The translations under genes and the position numbers were made by a program. From Candidatus Latescibacterota bacterium (lineage in GTDB: Bacteria > Latescibacterota > 4484-107 > B68-G9), in assembly GCA_012962735.1 (NCBI GenBank), contig DTXA01000513.1:1-35314 (forward strand): DNA of 35,314 nucleotides, in the 5' to 3' direction. The notes under the pieces are model-generated. The model ran no database searches. It was not told the origin of the DNA and worked only from the letters and a program-made list of their open reading frames with translations. The first letter of the stretch is position 1. The number at the start of each line of letters is the position of its first letter. Positions 8,581 through 17,034 of this stretch are shown one piece after another.

Positions 8581-9405
8581 TCACACCCCGCTGAAGGCCG
8601 AGAACCCCCCGTCTATGGGCACGACGATCCCGGTGACGAAGGAAGCCGAAGGGGAAAGAAGCCAAGCCACGACACCTATGAGGTCCTCCGGGTCCCCGAA
8701 CCTCCCCTGGGGCGTGTGGTCTATTATGGTCCTACCCCGCGGGGTCAGGTCCCCCTTATCGTCCAAAAGGAGGTATCTGTTCTGCTCGGTCAAGAAGAAC
8801 CCCGGCGCTATGGCCACTACGCGGATGTTAGGGGAGTATTCCTGGGCCATATGCACCGCCAACCACTGCGTGAAGTTGCTCACAGCTGCCTTGGCCGCCG
8901 AATACGCTGGTATGCGGGTCAGCGGCCTGAAGGCGTTCATGGAGGAGATGTTGAGTATGACACCTTCGCCCCGTTCGGCCATATGCTCCCCGAAGACCTG
9001 GCTTGCTAAGAAAGTTCCCGTGAAGTTCAGCCCAAAGACCCACTGGAGGGCATCCTCCGGGAGATCGAAGAAGGGAAGCTCCGGAGAGGTGGTCGCCTGA
9101 GGTCTGTTACCACCTGCGCCGTTTATCAGGAAGTCCACCCCCTCGAACCTTTCCAACACCCTGTCCCTGGCGGCCTTCAAACTGTCCTTATCCATAACAT
9201 CGCACTGTACCGCCAATGCCTCCCCGCCCCCGGAGTTCACTTCGTCCACCACCTTCCCGGCCGCCTCCTCCGATATGTCCAAGACCGCCACTCTCACCCC
9301 GAGCTTCCCCAACGCCCGTGACATCGTCCCGCAGAGCACTCCACCTCCACCGGTTACGGCCGCGACCTTTCCTTCTAACTCGAAAAGCTTCTCCAAGTAT
9401 CCCAT
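8581..9405 (-). CDS. SDR-family oxidoreductase (UxuB / D-mannonate oxidoreductase-like subgroup possible)
   Basis: TGGGGVLCG dinucleotide motif and YSAAK catalytic motif, plus an insertion GGNRPQATTS...FFDLPEDALQWVFGLNFTG. Start moved to ATG 9405 (MGYLEK), preceded by GGGAGGAAGGA. This removes the overlap with the upstream gene. Confidence 0.8.
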   Translation of the reverse strand: MGYLEKLFELEGKVAAVTGGGGVLCGTMSRALGKLGVRVAVLDISEEAAGKVVDEVNSGGGEALAVQCDVMDKDSLKAARDRVLERFEGVDFLINGAGGNRPQATTSPELPFFDLPEDALQWVFGLNFTGTFLASQVFGEHMAERGEGVILNISSMNAFRPLTRIPAYSAAKAAVSNFTQWLAVHMAQEYSPNIRVVAIAPGFFLTEQNRYLLLDDKGDLTPRGRTIIDHTPQGRFGDPEDLIGVVAWLLSPSASFVTGIVVPIDGGFSAFSGV

Positions 9406-9418
9406 TCCTTCCTCCCGG

Positions 9419-10573
9419 CTATCGCACGATATGCCCACCCTGGACCACGTGCACCACCCAGCCCAGGGCAGCGATATCCTCCAAGGGGTTCCCCTCTACC
9501 GCTACGAGGTCCGCATACTTGCCCGGCTCCACCGTGCCCAGCTTCCCCTCAAGCCCGAGCAGCTCGGCCGCTGTGCGAGTGACAGCCGCCAGTGCTTCCT
9601 CCTCGGTGAACCCTCCGAGCCTCACGGCCACCACGAGGGTCTTGTACAGCTCGTCGATGGGGGTATTCGGTATCCCAGCGTCCGAGCCCAGGGCCACCTT
9701 GACGCCCGAGCGCAGCGCCCGAAGCTGGAAGCAGAGGGGAGGACCCGGGTTCCCCGATGCCTCCCTCTTGCCGGCTATAGTGTGGCAGATGAAGGTCCCC
9801 CCTCCCCGGATGTGCTCCAAAAGCTCCTCATCGAAGGCGAAGCCCTCCCCCTCGGCCATCCAAGAGCAGTGTTCCAAGCTGTCCACTCCGGCCAGAACTG
9901 CGTTTCGGATACCCTCGGTGCCGTGGACGTGGGCTGAGACCCTGCGCCCCATCCGATGCACGTCCCGGACCAGCACCGACAGCTCCTCCGCGCTGTACCG
10001 GGCCATCCGCACGTTGGAACCCGGGGTGAGCCCCCCTCCGGTGACGCAGACCTTCACCCAGTCCACGCCCCTCCGCACCAGCTCCCGTGCGGCCCTTATA
10101 AGCTCCGGACCGCTGTCCGCAGAGATTCCCATAAACCACAGGTGCCCTCCGGTCGTGGTCAGGGGAGGGCCGGAGACGAAGAGCCTAGGGCTGGACACCA
10201 GCCCCTGTACCGCCGCCTTTTTGAGGGAAAGTGTCACCCCTCCACGATCCCCGCAGTCCCGGAATGCCGTTATCCCGGCTTTGAGGGCCCTTTCGGCGTT
10301 GTGTACGGCCCTGAGGAGCAGGTCCCAGTCGTCCTCCCGCTGCAGGACTTCCACAGCATCAGGCTCCCCAGAGAACACCAGGTGCCCGTGGGATTCTATC
10401 AGGCCGGGGACCAAGGTCAGACCGCCGAAGTCCACCCGCTCGGCTTTGGCCGGAAGCCCGTCCCTGGTGCGGATCTCCCTTATCCTCCCGTCCCGCACTA
10501 TCACGGCGGGCTTGGGAAGAGGGTCCCTTCCGGTCCCGTCCACCAATAGCTCACCTAAGAAGATCTTCTCCAT
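9419..10573 (-). CDS. Metal-dependent amidohydrolase family protein (COG1228-like)
   Basis: VPGLIESHGHLV (the HxH motif), SAHVHG, LEHCSW and ALGSDAG are the metal-ligand motifs of the amidohydrolase superfamily. Confidence 0.8.
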   Translation of the reverse strand: MEKIFLGELLVDGTGRDPLPKPAVIVRDGRIREIRTRDGLPAKAERVDFGGLTLVPGLIESHGHLVFSGEPDAVEVLQREDDWDLLLRAVHNAERALKAGITAFRDCGDRGGVTLSLKKAAVQGLVSSPRLFVSGPPLTTTGGHLWFMGISADSGPELIRAARELVRRGVDWVKVCVTGGGLTPGSNVRMARYSAEELSVLVRDVHRMGRRVSAHVHGTEGIRNAVLAGVDSLEHCSWMAEGEGFAFDEELLEHIRGGGTFICHTIAGKREASGNPGPPLCFQLRALRSGVKVALGSDAGIPNTPIDELYKTLVVAVRLGGFTEEEALAAVTRTAAELLGLEGKLGTVEPGKYADLVAVEGNPLEDIAALGWVVHVVQGGHIVR

Positions 10574-10577
10574 AAAA

Positions 10578-12494
10578 TTATATCCCGAGTCCGAGCTCGT
10601 ACCCCTCGTGCACCGCCTCTAAGGCGCTCCGGGGGGCCTTGGCGTCCCCCACGACCCATAGGGGCACTTTCCCCTGCAGCTCCCGTGCCAGCCCGTCTTC
10701 GGGCCTTAAGCCAAAGGCCACCACCACCGCGTCGTACCCCGAGAGCCTCCTTTCCCTGCCGTCGCACCTTACAAGGGCTCCGTCCGGGAGGAAGGCCAAA
10801 ACCTCGGTCTCCGTCGTAAGCTCCACATCTTTCTCCTCCAATATCTTGAGGAGGAAGTGCCTACAGTGGCCTGTAAGGTCCTCCCCGAGCCTTTCCTTGC
10901 GGTCCACGACCGCCACCCGACATCCCCGCTCGGAGAGAAAATCCGCCGTCTCCAGGCCCGTCACCTCCCCCCCCACGATCAGAACCCGTCCGTCCACCTG
11001 CACCCTTCCCTCCAATACATCCACGGCCAAGACCGTATACTCCGCCCCGGGAAGGTCGGGAGGGCGGTATTCGGCCCCGGTGGCCACCACCACCGCGTCC
11101 GGAGATAGGGCCAATACGTCCTCCGCCGTCGCCTCCGTACTCAAGCGGACATCCACCCCGGCCTCCCGAACTTCCCGTTCCAAGTATCTCAGAAACTTGA
11201 GCATATACCCCTTCCCCGGAGGCCTGGCTGCTATCCGCAACATCCCTCCGAGCACTCCCTCCCGCTCCAAAAGCACCACCAGATGTCCCCTGCGGGCAGC
11301 CACCGAGGCCACCTCCATCCCGGCCGGCCCCCCTCCGACCACCACCACCCACTTGGGGCTTTCCGCAGGTCTCGGGGGCCCCTCCCACTCCCTTCCGGTC
11401 TCGGGCCTCACTAAACACCTCACCTCGCCCTCAGGCCCCCTGTGGTCGCAACATCCCCTGTTGCCCAGAATGCAGGGTCTGATGCGGCGTCCTTCCTGAG
11501 CCTTCCTCGGCCACTCTGGGTCCGCCAGAAGGGCCCTCCCGAGCGCCACCAGGTCGGCATAGCCCTCCCTTAGGGCTTTCTCCGCGACCTCGGGGTCCAC
11601 AATGTTCCCTACCCCTATGACCGGGACGGATACTATATCCCTTATAGCCTTGGCGTATTTAAGCAGGTGTCCCTGGGGCAGGTAATAGGGCGCCGAGGCG
11701 TAGAGCGTGCCCTCTCCGTGGCCGAAGGAGACGTGTATCGCGTCCGAGCCCGCCTCCTCCAATATCCTGCATATGCGCTTGGCCTCGTCGGACCTTATCC
11801 CTTGCTCCTCCAAGCCCTCGTCCCCGTCCACCCTGAACCAGACCGGGAAGTCATCCCCCACTAGCTCCCTCACCCTCCGGAGCACCTCTACTGCGAACCT
11901 GCACCTGTTTTCGGTGCTCCCCCCGTACCGGTCCGTCCTCTTGTTGGTCCAGGGGGAGAGGAACTGGTTGATAAGGTAACCGTGTGCTCCGTGTAGCTCC
12001 ACAGCATCGAACCTTGCCTCCCTCGCCCTGAGAGCGGCCCTGGTGAAGTACTCCACCCGAAGTGGTATCTCCTCCTCGGAAAGCTCATGGGGGGTCCTCC
12101 GGTCGCGGGACTTCCCCACCGTCGATGGGCCCACCGCCGGAAGTCCCGTGACATCGAAGGACGCCGTCCTCCCAACGTGGTTGAGCTGGAGGGCGATCTT
12201 GGCACCCTCCCCATGCACGGCCTCGGCCAGGCGGGCAAGGCCCGGGATGTACCGGTCGTCGTAGGCGCACAGCATCCTCCGACTGGACCTGCCCTCCAAG
12301 GCCACAGCGGTATGCTCCACTATCACCAGCCCGACACCCCCACGGGCCCTTTCCCTATAGTACGCCACCAGCCTGTCCGTGACGAACCCTTCCTCGTCCG
12401 CATACCACGTCCCCATAGGGGCCATGACGATCCTGTTGCGCAGGGAAAGGGCCCTTATGCGAAAAGGGGAGAAGAGCAGGGAGAACCTATCCAT
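10578..12494 (-). CDS. Two-domain NADH:flavin oxidoreductase (OYE-like TIM barrel, Cys cluster, and FAD/NAD(P)-binding domain; 2,4-dienoyl-CoA reductase-like)
   Basis: N-terminal RNRIVMAPMGT and HGAHGYLINQFLSP OYE motifs, a Cys-rich linker (RPCILGNRGCCDH...C), and the VVVVGGGPAGMEVA Rossmann motif. Length 638 aa. Confidence 0.85.
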   Translation of the reverse strand: MDRFSLLFSPFRIRALSLRNRIVMAPMGTWYADEEGFVTDRLVAYYRERARGGVGLVIVEHTAVALEGRSSRRMLCAYDDRYIPGLARLAEAVHGEGAKIALQLNHVGRTASFDVTGLPAVGPSTVGKSRDRRTPHELSEEEIPLRVEYFTRAALRAREARFDAVELHGAHGYLINQFLSPWTNKRTDRYGGSTENRCRFAVEVLRRVRELVGDDFPVWFRVDGDEGLEEQGIRSDEAKRICRILEEAGSDAIHVSFGHGEGTLYASAPYYLPQGHLLKYAKAIRDIVSVPVIGVGNIVDPEVAEKALREGYADLVALGRALLADPEWPRKAQEGRRIRPCILGNRGCCDHRGPEGEVRCLVRPETGREWEGPPRPAESPKWVVVVGGGPAGMEVASVAARRGHLVVLLEREGVLGGMLRIAARPPGKGYMLKFLRYLEREVREAGVDVRLSTEATAEDVLALSPDAVVVATGAEYRPPDLPGAEYTVLAVDVLEGRVQVDGRVLIVGGEVTGLETADFLSERGCRVAVVDRKERLGEDLTGHCRHFLLKILEEKDVELTTETEVLAFLPDGALVRCDGRERRLSGYDAVVVAFGLRPEDGLARELQGKVPLWVVGDAKAPRSALEAVHEGYELGLGI

Positions 12495-13827
12495 CGTCCT
12501 CCTCTAAGATGCCCATAACCTCATCTATAAGCCTATCAGCCGTCACCTCAGCCTCGGCCACCACCCTGATCAAAGGTTCGGTGTTGGAAGGCCGTATGTG
12601 GACCCATGCCCTATCCCGCACGATCCGGACCCCGTCCCTCAGATCCAGGTCCTCCCCCCCGAAGTGGGAGCGCACCCGTTCCATAGCCGCTTCCCTGTCC
12701 AGCCCAGGCCTTCGGTACGTCGCCTTGCGCATAACGTACCGTGGGAGCCGGGCCACAAGCCGGGACAGGGGCTCATCCGCCTCGGCCAAGTACTGAAGGA
12801 TCAGTGTCATGCCCACAAGGGAATCCCGGCCGTAGTTCACCTCGGGCAATATAACCCCGCCGTTCCCCTCCCCGCCTATCGGGGCTCTGAGCCTCAACAT
12901 CTCCATCAACACGTTCACCTCTCCCACAGGAGCCCTGTAGACCTGGACCCCGAACTCTCCGGCTACATCCTCCACCATCCGGCTGGTGGAGAGATTCACG
13001 GCCACAGGCCCGGGTTCTTTCCCGAGCACGAAGCGCACCGCTAAGGCCAGCGTATACTCCTCCCCCACCGCCCTTCCCTCCTCCGAGACTAAAGATAGCC
13101 TGTCCGCGTCCGGGTCCAGGCCGAACCCCACGTCGGCTCCGTGCTCTCGCACAGCTCTTTCCAATTCCCCCAAGTTCTCCGGCACGGGCTCGGGCCCCCT
13201 GGGGAAACGTCCGTCCGGCCTGCAGTGGACCGGAACAACCTCGCATCCCAGGCGCTCTAAGAGCTTCCTCCCGGCTTCGCTTCCTGCCCCGTCCACGGCG
13301 TCCAGCGCCACCTTAAACCCTCGTTCCTTTATGGCCTCCGGGTCCACCAGTTCCGAGGACAGAACCTTCTCTATGTGCAGGTCCGCTGCATCCCTCCTCT
13401 GGGCGACCTGACCCACGTCCTCCCATGAGCCCCTCGATGGCCCCTCCCTGTATCGCTTCAGGACTTCCTCCCCCTCCCCGGCCGTGAGGAAACGGCCCTC
13501 AGGGGAGACCAACTTCAGCCCGTTCCAGGATATGGGATTGTGGCTTGCAGTGATCACTGCACCGCCGGAGAGTCCCTCCCAGCGCACGAAGCACAGGACG
13601 GTAGGCGTGGGTATGACTCCCAGTCGCACGACATCGCTTCCTGCGGAGAGCAGGCCGGAGATCGCCGCCATCTCCAACATCTCCCCCGTGGGCCGGGTAT
13701 CCCTCCCCACTGCCACCGGCCCGCCGGTCCATCCCCCGAAAGCGACCCCAAATCGACAGGCCACCTCAGGGGTGAGGCCCTCACCCACCACCCCCCGTAT
13801 TCCGGACACGCTAATTAAAAGTCCCAC
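12487..13827 (-). CDS. Phosphomannomutase / phosphoglucomutase / phosphoglucosamine mutase family protein
   Basis: SGIRG near the N-terminus, the active-site TASHNP loop, and the GLDPDADR metal loop. GTG start at 13827. Confidence 0.85.
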   Translation of the reverse strand: MGLLISVSGIRGVVGEGLTPEVACRFGVAFGGWTGGPVAVGRDTRPTGEMLEMAAISGLLSAGSDVVRLGVIPTPTVLCFVRWEGLSGGAVITASHNPISWNGLKLVSPEGRFLTAGEGEEVLKRYREGPSRGSWEDVGQVAQRRDAADLHIEKVLSSELVDPEAIKERGFKVALDAVDGAGSEAGRKLLERLGCEVVPVHCRPDGRFPRGPEPVPENLGELERAVREHGADVGFGLDPDADRLSLVSEEGRAVGEEYTLALAVRFVLGKEPGPVAVNLSTSRMVEDVAGEFGVQVYRAPVGEVNVLMEMLRLRAPIGGEGNGGVILPEVNYGRDSLVGMTLILQYLAEADEPLSRLVARLPRYVMRKATYRRPGLDREAAMERVRSHFGGEDLDLRDGVRIVRDRAWVHIRPSNTEPLIRVVAEAEVTADRLIDEVMGILEEDDG

Positions 13828-14098
13828 CGTACAATCCTCTATGGTTCTGACACGTTCTGCCGAAGCTGCGGAAGAACTTCTTTAACTGGGCCCAGAAAAA
13901 CTTACCTTTATCCCTCAAGCACAACTGGCGGATATGGGGTCTGGAGGTGATCCCGGGCTCCTCACGGACCATCTCCACAGCACTCTTGCCCCGGACGTGG
14001 GCGTTGGCCATAAGGTTCTTAAACGCCTCCACGTCTACAGGGTCCTCGAGCTGACGCAGCACCTCCTCGTCCTCAGGATATGTCCGTTCATCCGGCAC
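13811..14098 (-). CDS. Small hypothetical protein (95 aa)
   Basis: The ORF is wedged between HAD (11-nt overlap) and the mutase (17-nt overlap), which suggests translational coupling. It has an acidic N-terminus and a basic C-terminus. I recognise no family. Confidence 0.4.
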   Translation of the reverse strand: MPDERTYPEDEEVLRQLEDPVDVEAFKNLMANAHVRGKSAVEMVREEPGITSRPHIRQLCLRDKGKFFWAQLKKFFRSFGRTCQNHRGLYGGTFN

Positions 14099-14771
14099 AG
14101 GTCCTCACCTCCTTCCGGGAAAGCAGGTCCACGATCTGAACGACCTCGCCAGGACGGTCCACCAAGAAATCCGGATTCAGCCTTCGCAGCTCGGACTCCG
14201 GGAAGTACCCCCATGTGACCCCACAGGTCAAGGCTCCCAAGGACTTCCCGGCTAAGATATCGTTGTCGGTATCTCCCACCACCAGGACCTCCAAGGCCTC
14301 CACACCCAGGCGCTCTAGAGCCAGCGCCAACATCTCCGGGTCCGGCTTGATGCGGGAGACGTCCTCCGGACCCACGACCAAGTCTACGAAGCGGGCCAAG
14401 CCCAACTCCTCTAAGATCTTCTCCGCCATATACCGGGGCTTATTCGTGACTACGGCTATCCAGCAGCGTAGCTTTAGGACCTCTAACATCTCCGGAACCC
14501 CGGCAAAGGGCCGGGAGCGCTCAGCACAGTGTTCGGTATAATACCTCCTGTACCGAAAGAGCCACTCCTCCCACCTCTCCCTCCCCTCCTCCGGCAGCAT
14601 TATCTTCGCAAACGCCTCCGAACCCGGGCCTATGCCTTTGCGCACCCGATCAGGAGATGCCGCAGGGAAGCCCATCTCTCCAAGAGCATGGTTCACCGCC
14701 CTTCGGATGTCGGGCTCTGTGTCCACGAGCGTACCGTCCAAATCGAAGATAATCATGCCGATCCTCACCAT
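14088..14771 (-). CDS. HAD-superfamily hydrolase, phosphoglycolate phosphatase-like
   Basis: MIIFDLDGTLVDT motif I, VTNK motif II, and GDTDNDI motif IV. The start could be ATG 14771 or ATG 14756; AAGGAGG lies just upstream. Confidence 0.85.
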   Translation of the reverse strand: MVRIGMIIFDLDGTLVDTEPDIRRAVNHALGEMGFPAASPDRVRKGIGPGSEAFAKIMLPEEGRERWEEWLFRYRRYYTEHCAERSRPFAGVPEMLEVLKLRCWIAVVTNKPRYMAEKILEELGLARFVDLVVGPEDVSRIKPDPEMLALALERLGVEALEVLVVGDTDNDILAGKSLGALTCGVTWGYFPESELRRLNPDFLVDRPGEVVQIVDLLSRKEVRTCAG

Positions 14772-14777
14772 TCCTCC

Positions 14778-14939
14778 TTATCCCTTGTGTCCGAACTCCG
14801 CGTCCCGGATGTCCTGAGGGCGGCCCACCATGACCTTATAGACGATGAGGTCCTCGGGGGAGCACACTCGCACAGTGCGCCTACTCCGGGCAGGCCTAGG
14901 GATATATCCACTTCTTCCTTCGAGTTGAGGCCAACACAT
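14778..14939 (-). pseudogene. Possible relic of a small nucleotidyltransferase-like (DUF2204-type) gene, 53 codons
   Basis: The minus-strand ORF MCWPQLEGRSGYIPRPARSRRTVRVCSPEDLIVYKVMVGRPQDIRDAEFGHKG contains SPEDLIVYKVMVGRPQDIRDAE. This resembles the C-terminal EDLI..KL.aGR.kD..D motif of small nucleotidyltransferase-fold proteins. No N-terminal catalytic part is present. Confidence 0.25.
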
Positions 14940-14954
14940 CCCGAAGCCGCATCT

Positions 14955-16289
14955 TCACCACCTGTACCGCACCCTATATGCCAGCTCGGCTCGGCCCTTG
15001 GCCGGCACCCAGATCGGGAAGACCACGGTCCTGGCGTCCTTCCTCTCCCAGTCGTGTGTGTTCTTGAGTATCTCCCAGTCCCCCCAGAGGTGTTCCACCA
15101 CCTGTACAGTTATATCTTTCTTCTCCTTGTGGTTTCTGAGAACCACCTGTACTTGTTCCTCGAAGGCGCGGTCGTCTATTTTCTTATGCTCCAGAACTTT
15201 TCTCTCCCCTACTATATCAAACGCCTGCCCTATGGCCACCTCCACCTTTTCATCCCTGGGAATGTGGTCTATCCTGTCCTCTCCCAAGAAGATCAAACTA
15301 CCGTCCCGATCTCGCTTGTAGGCCCGGACCTTTCCTGCCGGCAGGGGGAAACCCAGGCCCGAGGACTTCTCGTTGAGGAAGACTAAGCGCACAAGGATAT
15401 GGCGTTCGTCCTTCAGAGCATCGTAGGTGTACTCCTTCTCCACAGGCACCCTGGTCCCTGGGAAGAGGGAGATCTGCTTGGTCTGTCTGTCCTTGAGGGT
15501 GGTCCTGCGACCTAGGGTGTACAGATGGTACTCGAAGAACGCCCGTTCTTCAAAGGGCCTCTCGGGCCGTCTCTCCATTATCTCCATCGCCACCCTTGGC
15601 GGGCCTGGGGGAACCTTCTTAATCCGGCGGGGCCTCCCGGCCACGAGCTTGAGGAGGGCATCCCGGTAGGTGGCCCCGGAGCGGTTGTCTATAGAAACCC
15701 AGCCGGAAAGCTCCATGGTCCCCTCCTTCTCTCCCACCACTCCCACGTACTCGGCATGCCAGCCCATCCCCTCGGTGAGGTAGCTCACATCAACCTCGTG
15801 CCTTCCGGGCTTCCTACACTCCACCTCCCACACCAGGGTCGGCCGGGTGATGAGTCCCTGGGGGAGGGAGGGGAAGACAATGGTCTGTATGGCCTCGGGA
15901 CGGACCACCCTGACCCCCCCATCTGGCATCTCTAATACGAGTTCCTGACCTGAGCTTAAAAGCTTCCCGGAAAGCTCCCCTTCCTCGGTGCGGACAGTTA
16001 TGTCCTGGTCTATATACTTCTCCAAGAGCTTCTCGGGGCTCACCAGGTCGTACTCGAAGTTCTGCTCTAAAAGCTCGACCTTGTCCGGGGCTGTGAGCGA
16101 ACGGAAGTGCACCGAAGTCGGGTCTATGCGAGCTGCCACGTCTATAAAGGGTAGGCGGTTTACCCCCTTCTCCAGCTCCACCTCCCTTATCTCCCGTACC
16201 AACCCGAACCCCTCGCTGTACACCGTCACAGAAGTCTCCCCGAGGACCTGAGAGCAAAGCGCCAGAACGGCCAGCAACAGCATCGTCAT
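14955..16289 (-). CDS. Secreted DUF4139 / MuiA-family (TIGR02231-like) protein
   Basis: Signal peptide MTMLLLAVLALCSQVLG and a DUF4140-like N-terminus (VTVYSEGFGLVREIREVELEKGVNRLPF...VHFRSL). The C-terminus follows the DUF4139 pattern (GLGFPLPAGKVRAYKRDRDGSLIFLGEDRIDHIPRDEKVEVAIGQAFD). Confidence 0.85.
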   Translation of the reverse strand: MTMLLLAVLALCSQVLGETSVTVYSEGFGLVREIREVELEKGVNRLPFIDVAARIDPTSVHFRSLTAPDKVELLEQNFEYDLVSPEKLLEKYIDQDITVRTEEGELSGKLLSSGQELVLEMPDGGVRVVRPEAIQTIVFPSLPQGLITRPTLVWEVECRKPGRHEVDVSYLTEGMGWHAEYVGVVGEKEGTMELSGWVSIDNRSGATYRDALLKLVAGRPRRIKKVPPGPPRVAMEIMERRPERPFEERAFFEYHLYTLGRRTTLKDRQTKQISLFPGTRVPVEKEYTYDALKDERHILVRLVFLNEKSSGLGFPLPAGKVRAYKRDRDGSLIFLGEDRIDHIPRDEKVEVAIGQAFDIVGERKVLEHKKIDDRAFEEQVQVVLRNHKEKKDITVQVVEHLWGDWEILKNTHDWERKDARTVVFPIWVPAKGRAELAYRVRYRW

Positions 16290-16312
16290 CGTCGCCTCCC
16301 TTGAGGGGCATC

Positions 16313-16346
16313 TATTTAAAACAGCCGGAGCTATCGTGTTTAAATA
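16313..16346. promoter_or_regulatory. AT-rich inverted repeat in the divergent intergenic region
   Basis: TATTTAAAACA (16313-16323), 13 nt, then TGTTTAAATA (16337-16346). The arms are complementary apart from one extra A. It lies 24 nt upstream of the DUF4139 start. Confidence 0.3.
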
Positions 16347-16411
16347 AAACCAAAACCTCCCGGAAACGCAAGCTCTTTGTCCGAAGTCTCATAATTCGAG
16401 CCGATAGCGGA

Positions 16412-16440
16412 TTGTGCGAGGACGGGAATTTTGGTATATT
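16412..16440 (+). promoter_or_regulatory. Candidate extended -10 promoter for the flavin reductase-thrB-murD-rtcA array
   Basis: TTGTGC (16412-16417), 17-nt spacer, TGgTATATT (16432-16440). It lies 51 nt upstream of ATG 16492. Confidence 0.35.
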
Positions 16441-16491
16441 ACATAAGACTCAAAAGGAGGACAATATACTTCAAAGACACGGGAGGAGGAA

Positions 16492-17025
16492 ATGAGGAAG
16501 TTGTCTTCGCCGGGAGAAGGATGGGCGAGGGTCCGGCCGGAATGGGTGGCCCTGGCAGTCACGATGGACGACGTCCACGGCCGGCCCAACATAATCACCT
16601 TAGGCTGGACGATGCATGCCTCGGGCAGGCCTTCCATGGCGGCAATAGCCGTGGGAAAGACCCGTTATAGCCACGAACTCCTCCTCAAAACCCGGGAGTT
16701 CGTGCTCGCCTACCCCAACTCCCGGATGGGGGAGGCAGCCCTGTTCTGCGGCACCCACTCCGGAAGGGATGTGGACAAGTTCGCCGAAACCGACTTAGAG
16801 CCCCTCCCGGCCAAGTTGGTCCGCCCTCCCCTGATCGAGGGCGCTGTGGTGAACTTCGAGTGCCGGGTGGCGGGGACGGCCGACGCCGGCGACCACACGA
16901 TCTTCATAGGGGAGATATTGATGGCCCACGAAGAACCCGACGAGCGGGAGATACTTCTGAACTTCGGCCCCCTGCCCTCGGGAGGGCGGTACCTGACCGG
17001 GATAAGCGAATATATGTCCAGATAA
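16492..17025 (+). CDS. Flavin reductase-like FMN-binding domain protein
   Basis: Length (177 aa) and pattern (NIITLGWTM...FVLAYP...CGTHSGRDVDKF...GDHTIFIGEI) are typical of the flavin reductase / DIM6-NTAB family. RBS GGGAGGAGGAA. Confidence 0.8.
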   Translation: MRKLSSPGEGWARVRPEWVALAVTMDDVHGRPNIITLGWTMHASGRPSMAAIAVGKTRYSHELLLKTREFVLAYPNSRMGEAALFCGTHSGRDVDKFAETDLEPLPAKLVRPPLIEGAVVNFECRVAGTADAGDHTIFIGEILMAHEEPDEREILLNFGPLPSGGRYLTGISEYMSR

Positions 17026-17034
17026 GGGGGAATA

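Noticed and set aside
9216-10622. 468-aa plus-strand ORF spanning the SDR and amidohydrolase region
   Set aside because: It is antisense to two well-supported genes. The translation is a Pro/Ser/Thr/Arg-rich low-complexity string with no motifs. This is a typical shadow ORF in GC-rich DNA.
10639-11499. 286-aa plus-strand ORF
   Set aside because: It is antisense to the OYE/FAD reductase gene and is a Ser/Thr/Pro/Arg-rich shadow ORF.
14529-15386. 285-aa plus-strand ORF
   Set aside because: It is antisense to the HAD and DUF4139 genes, and its composition is not protein-like.
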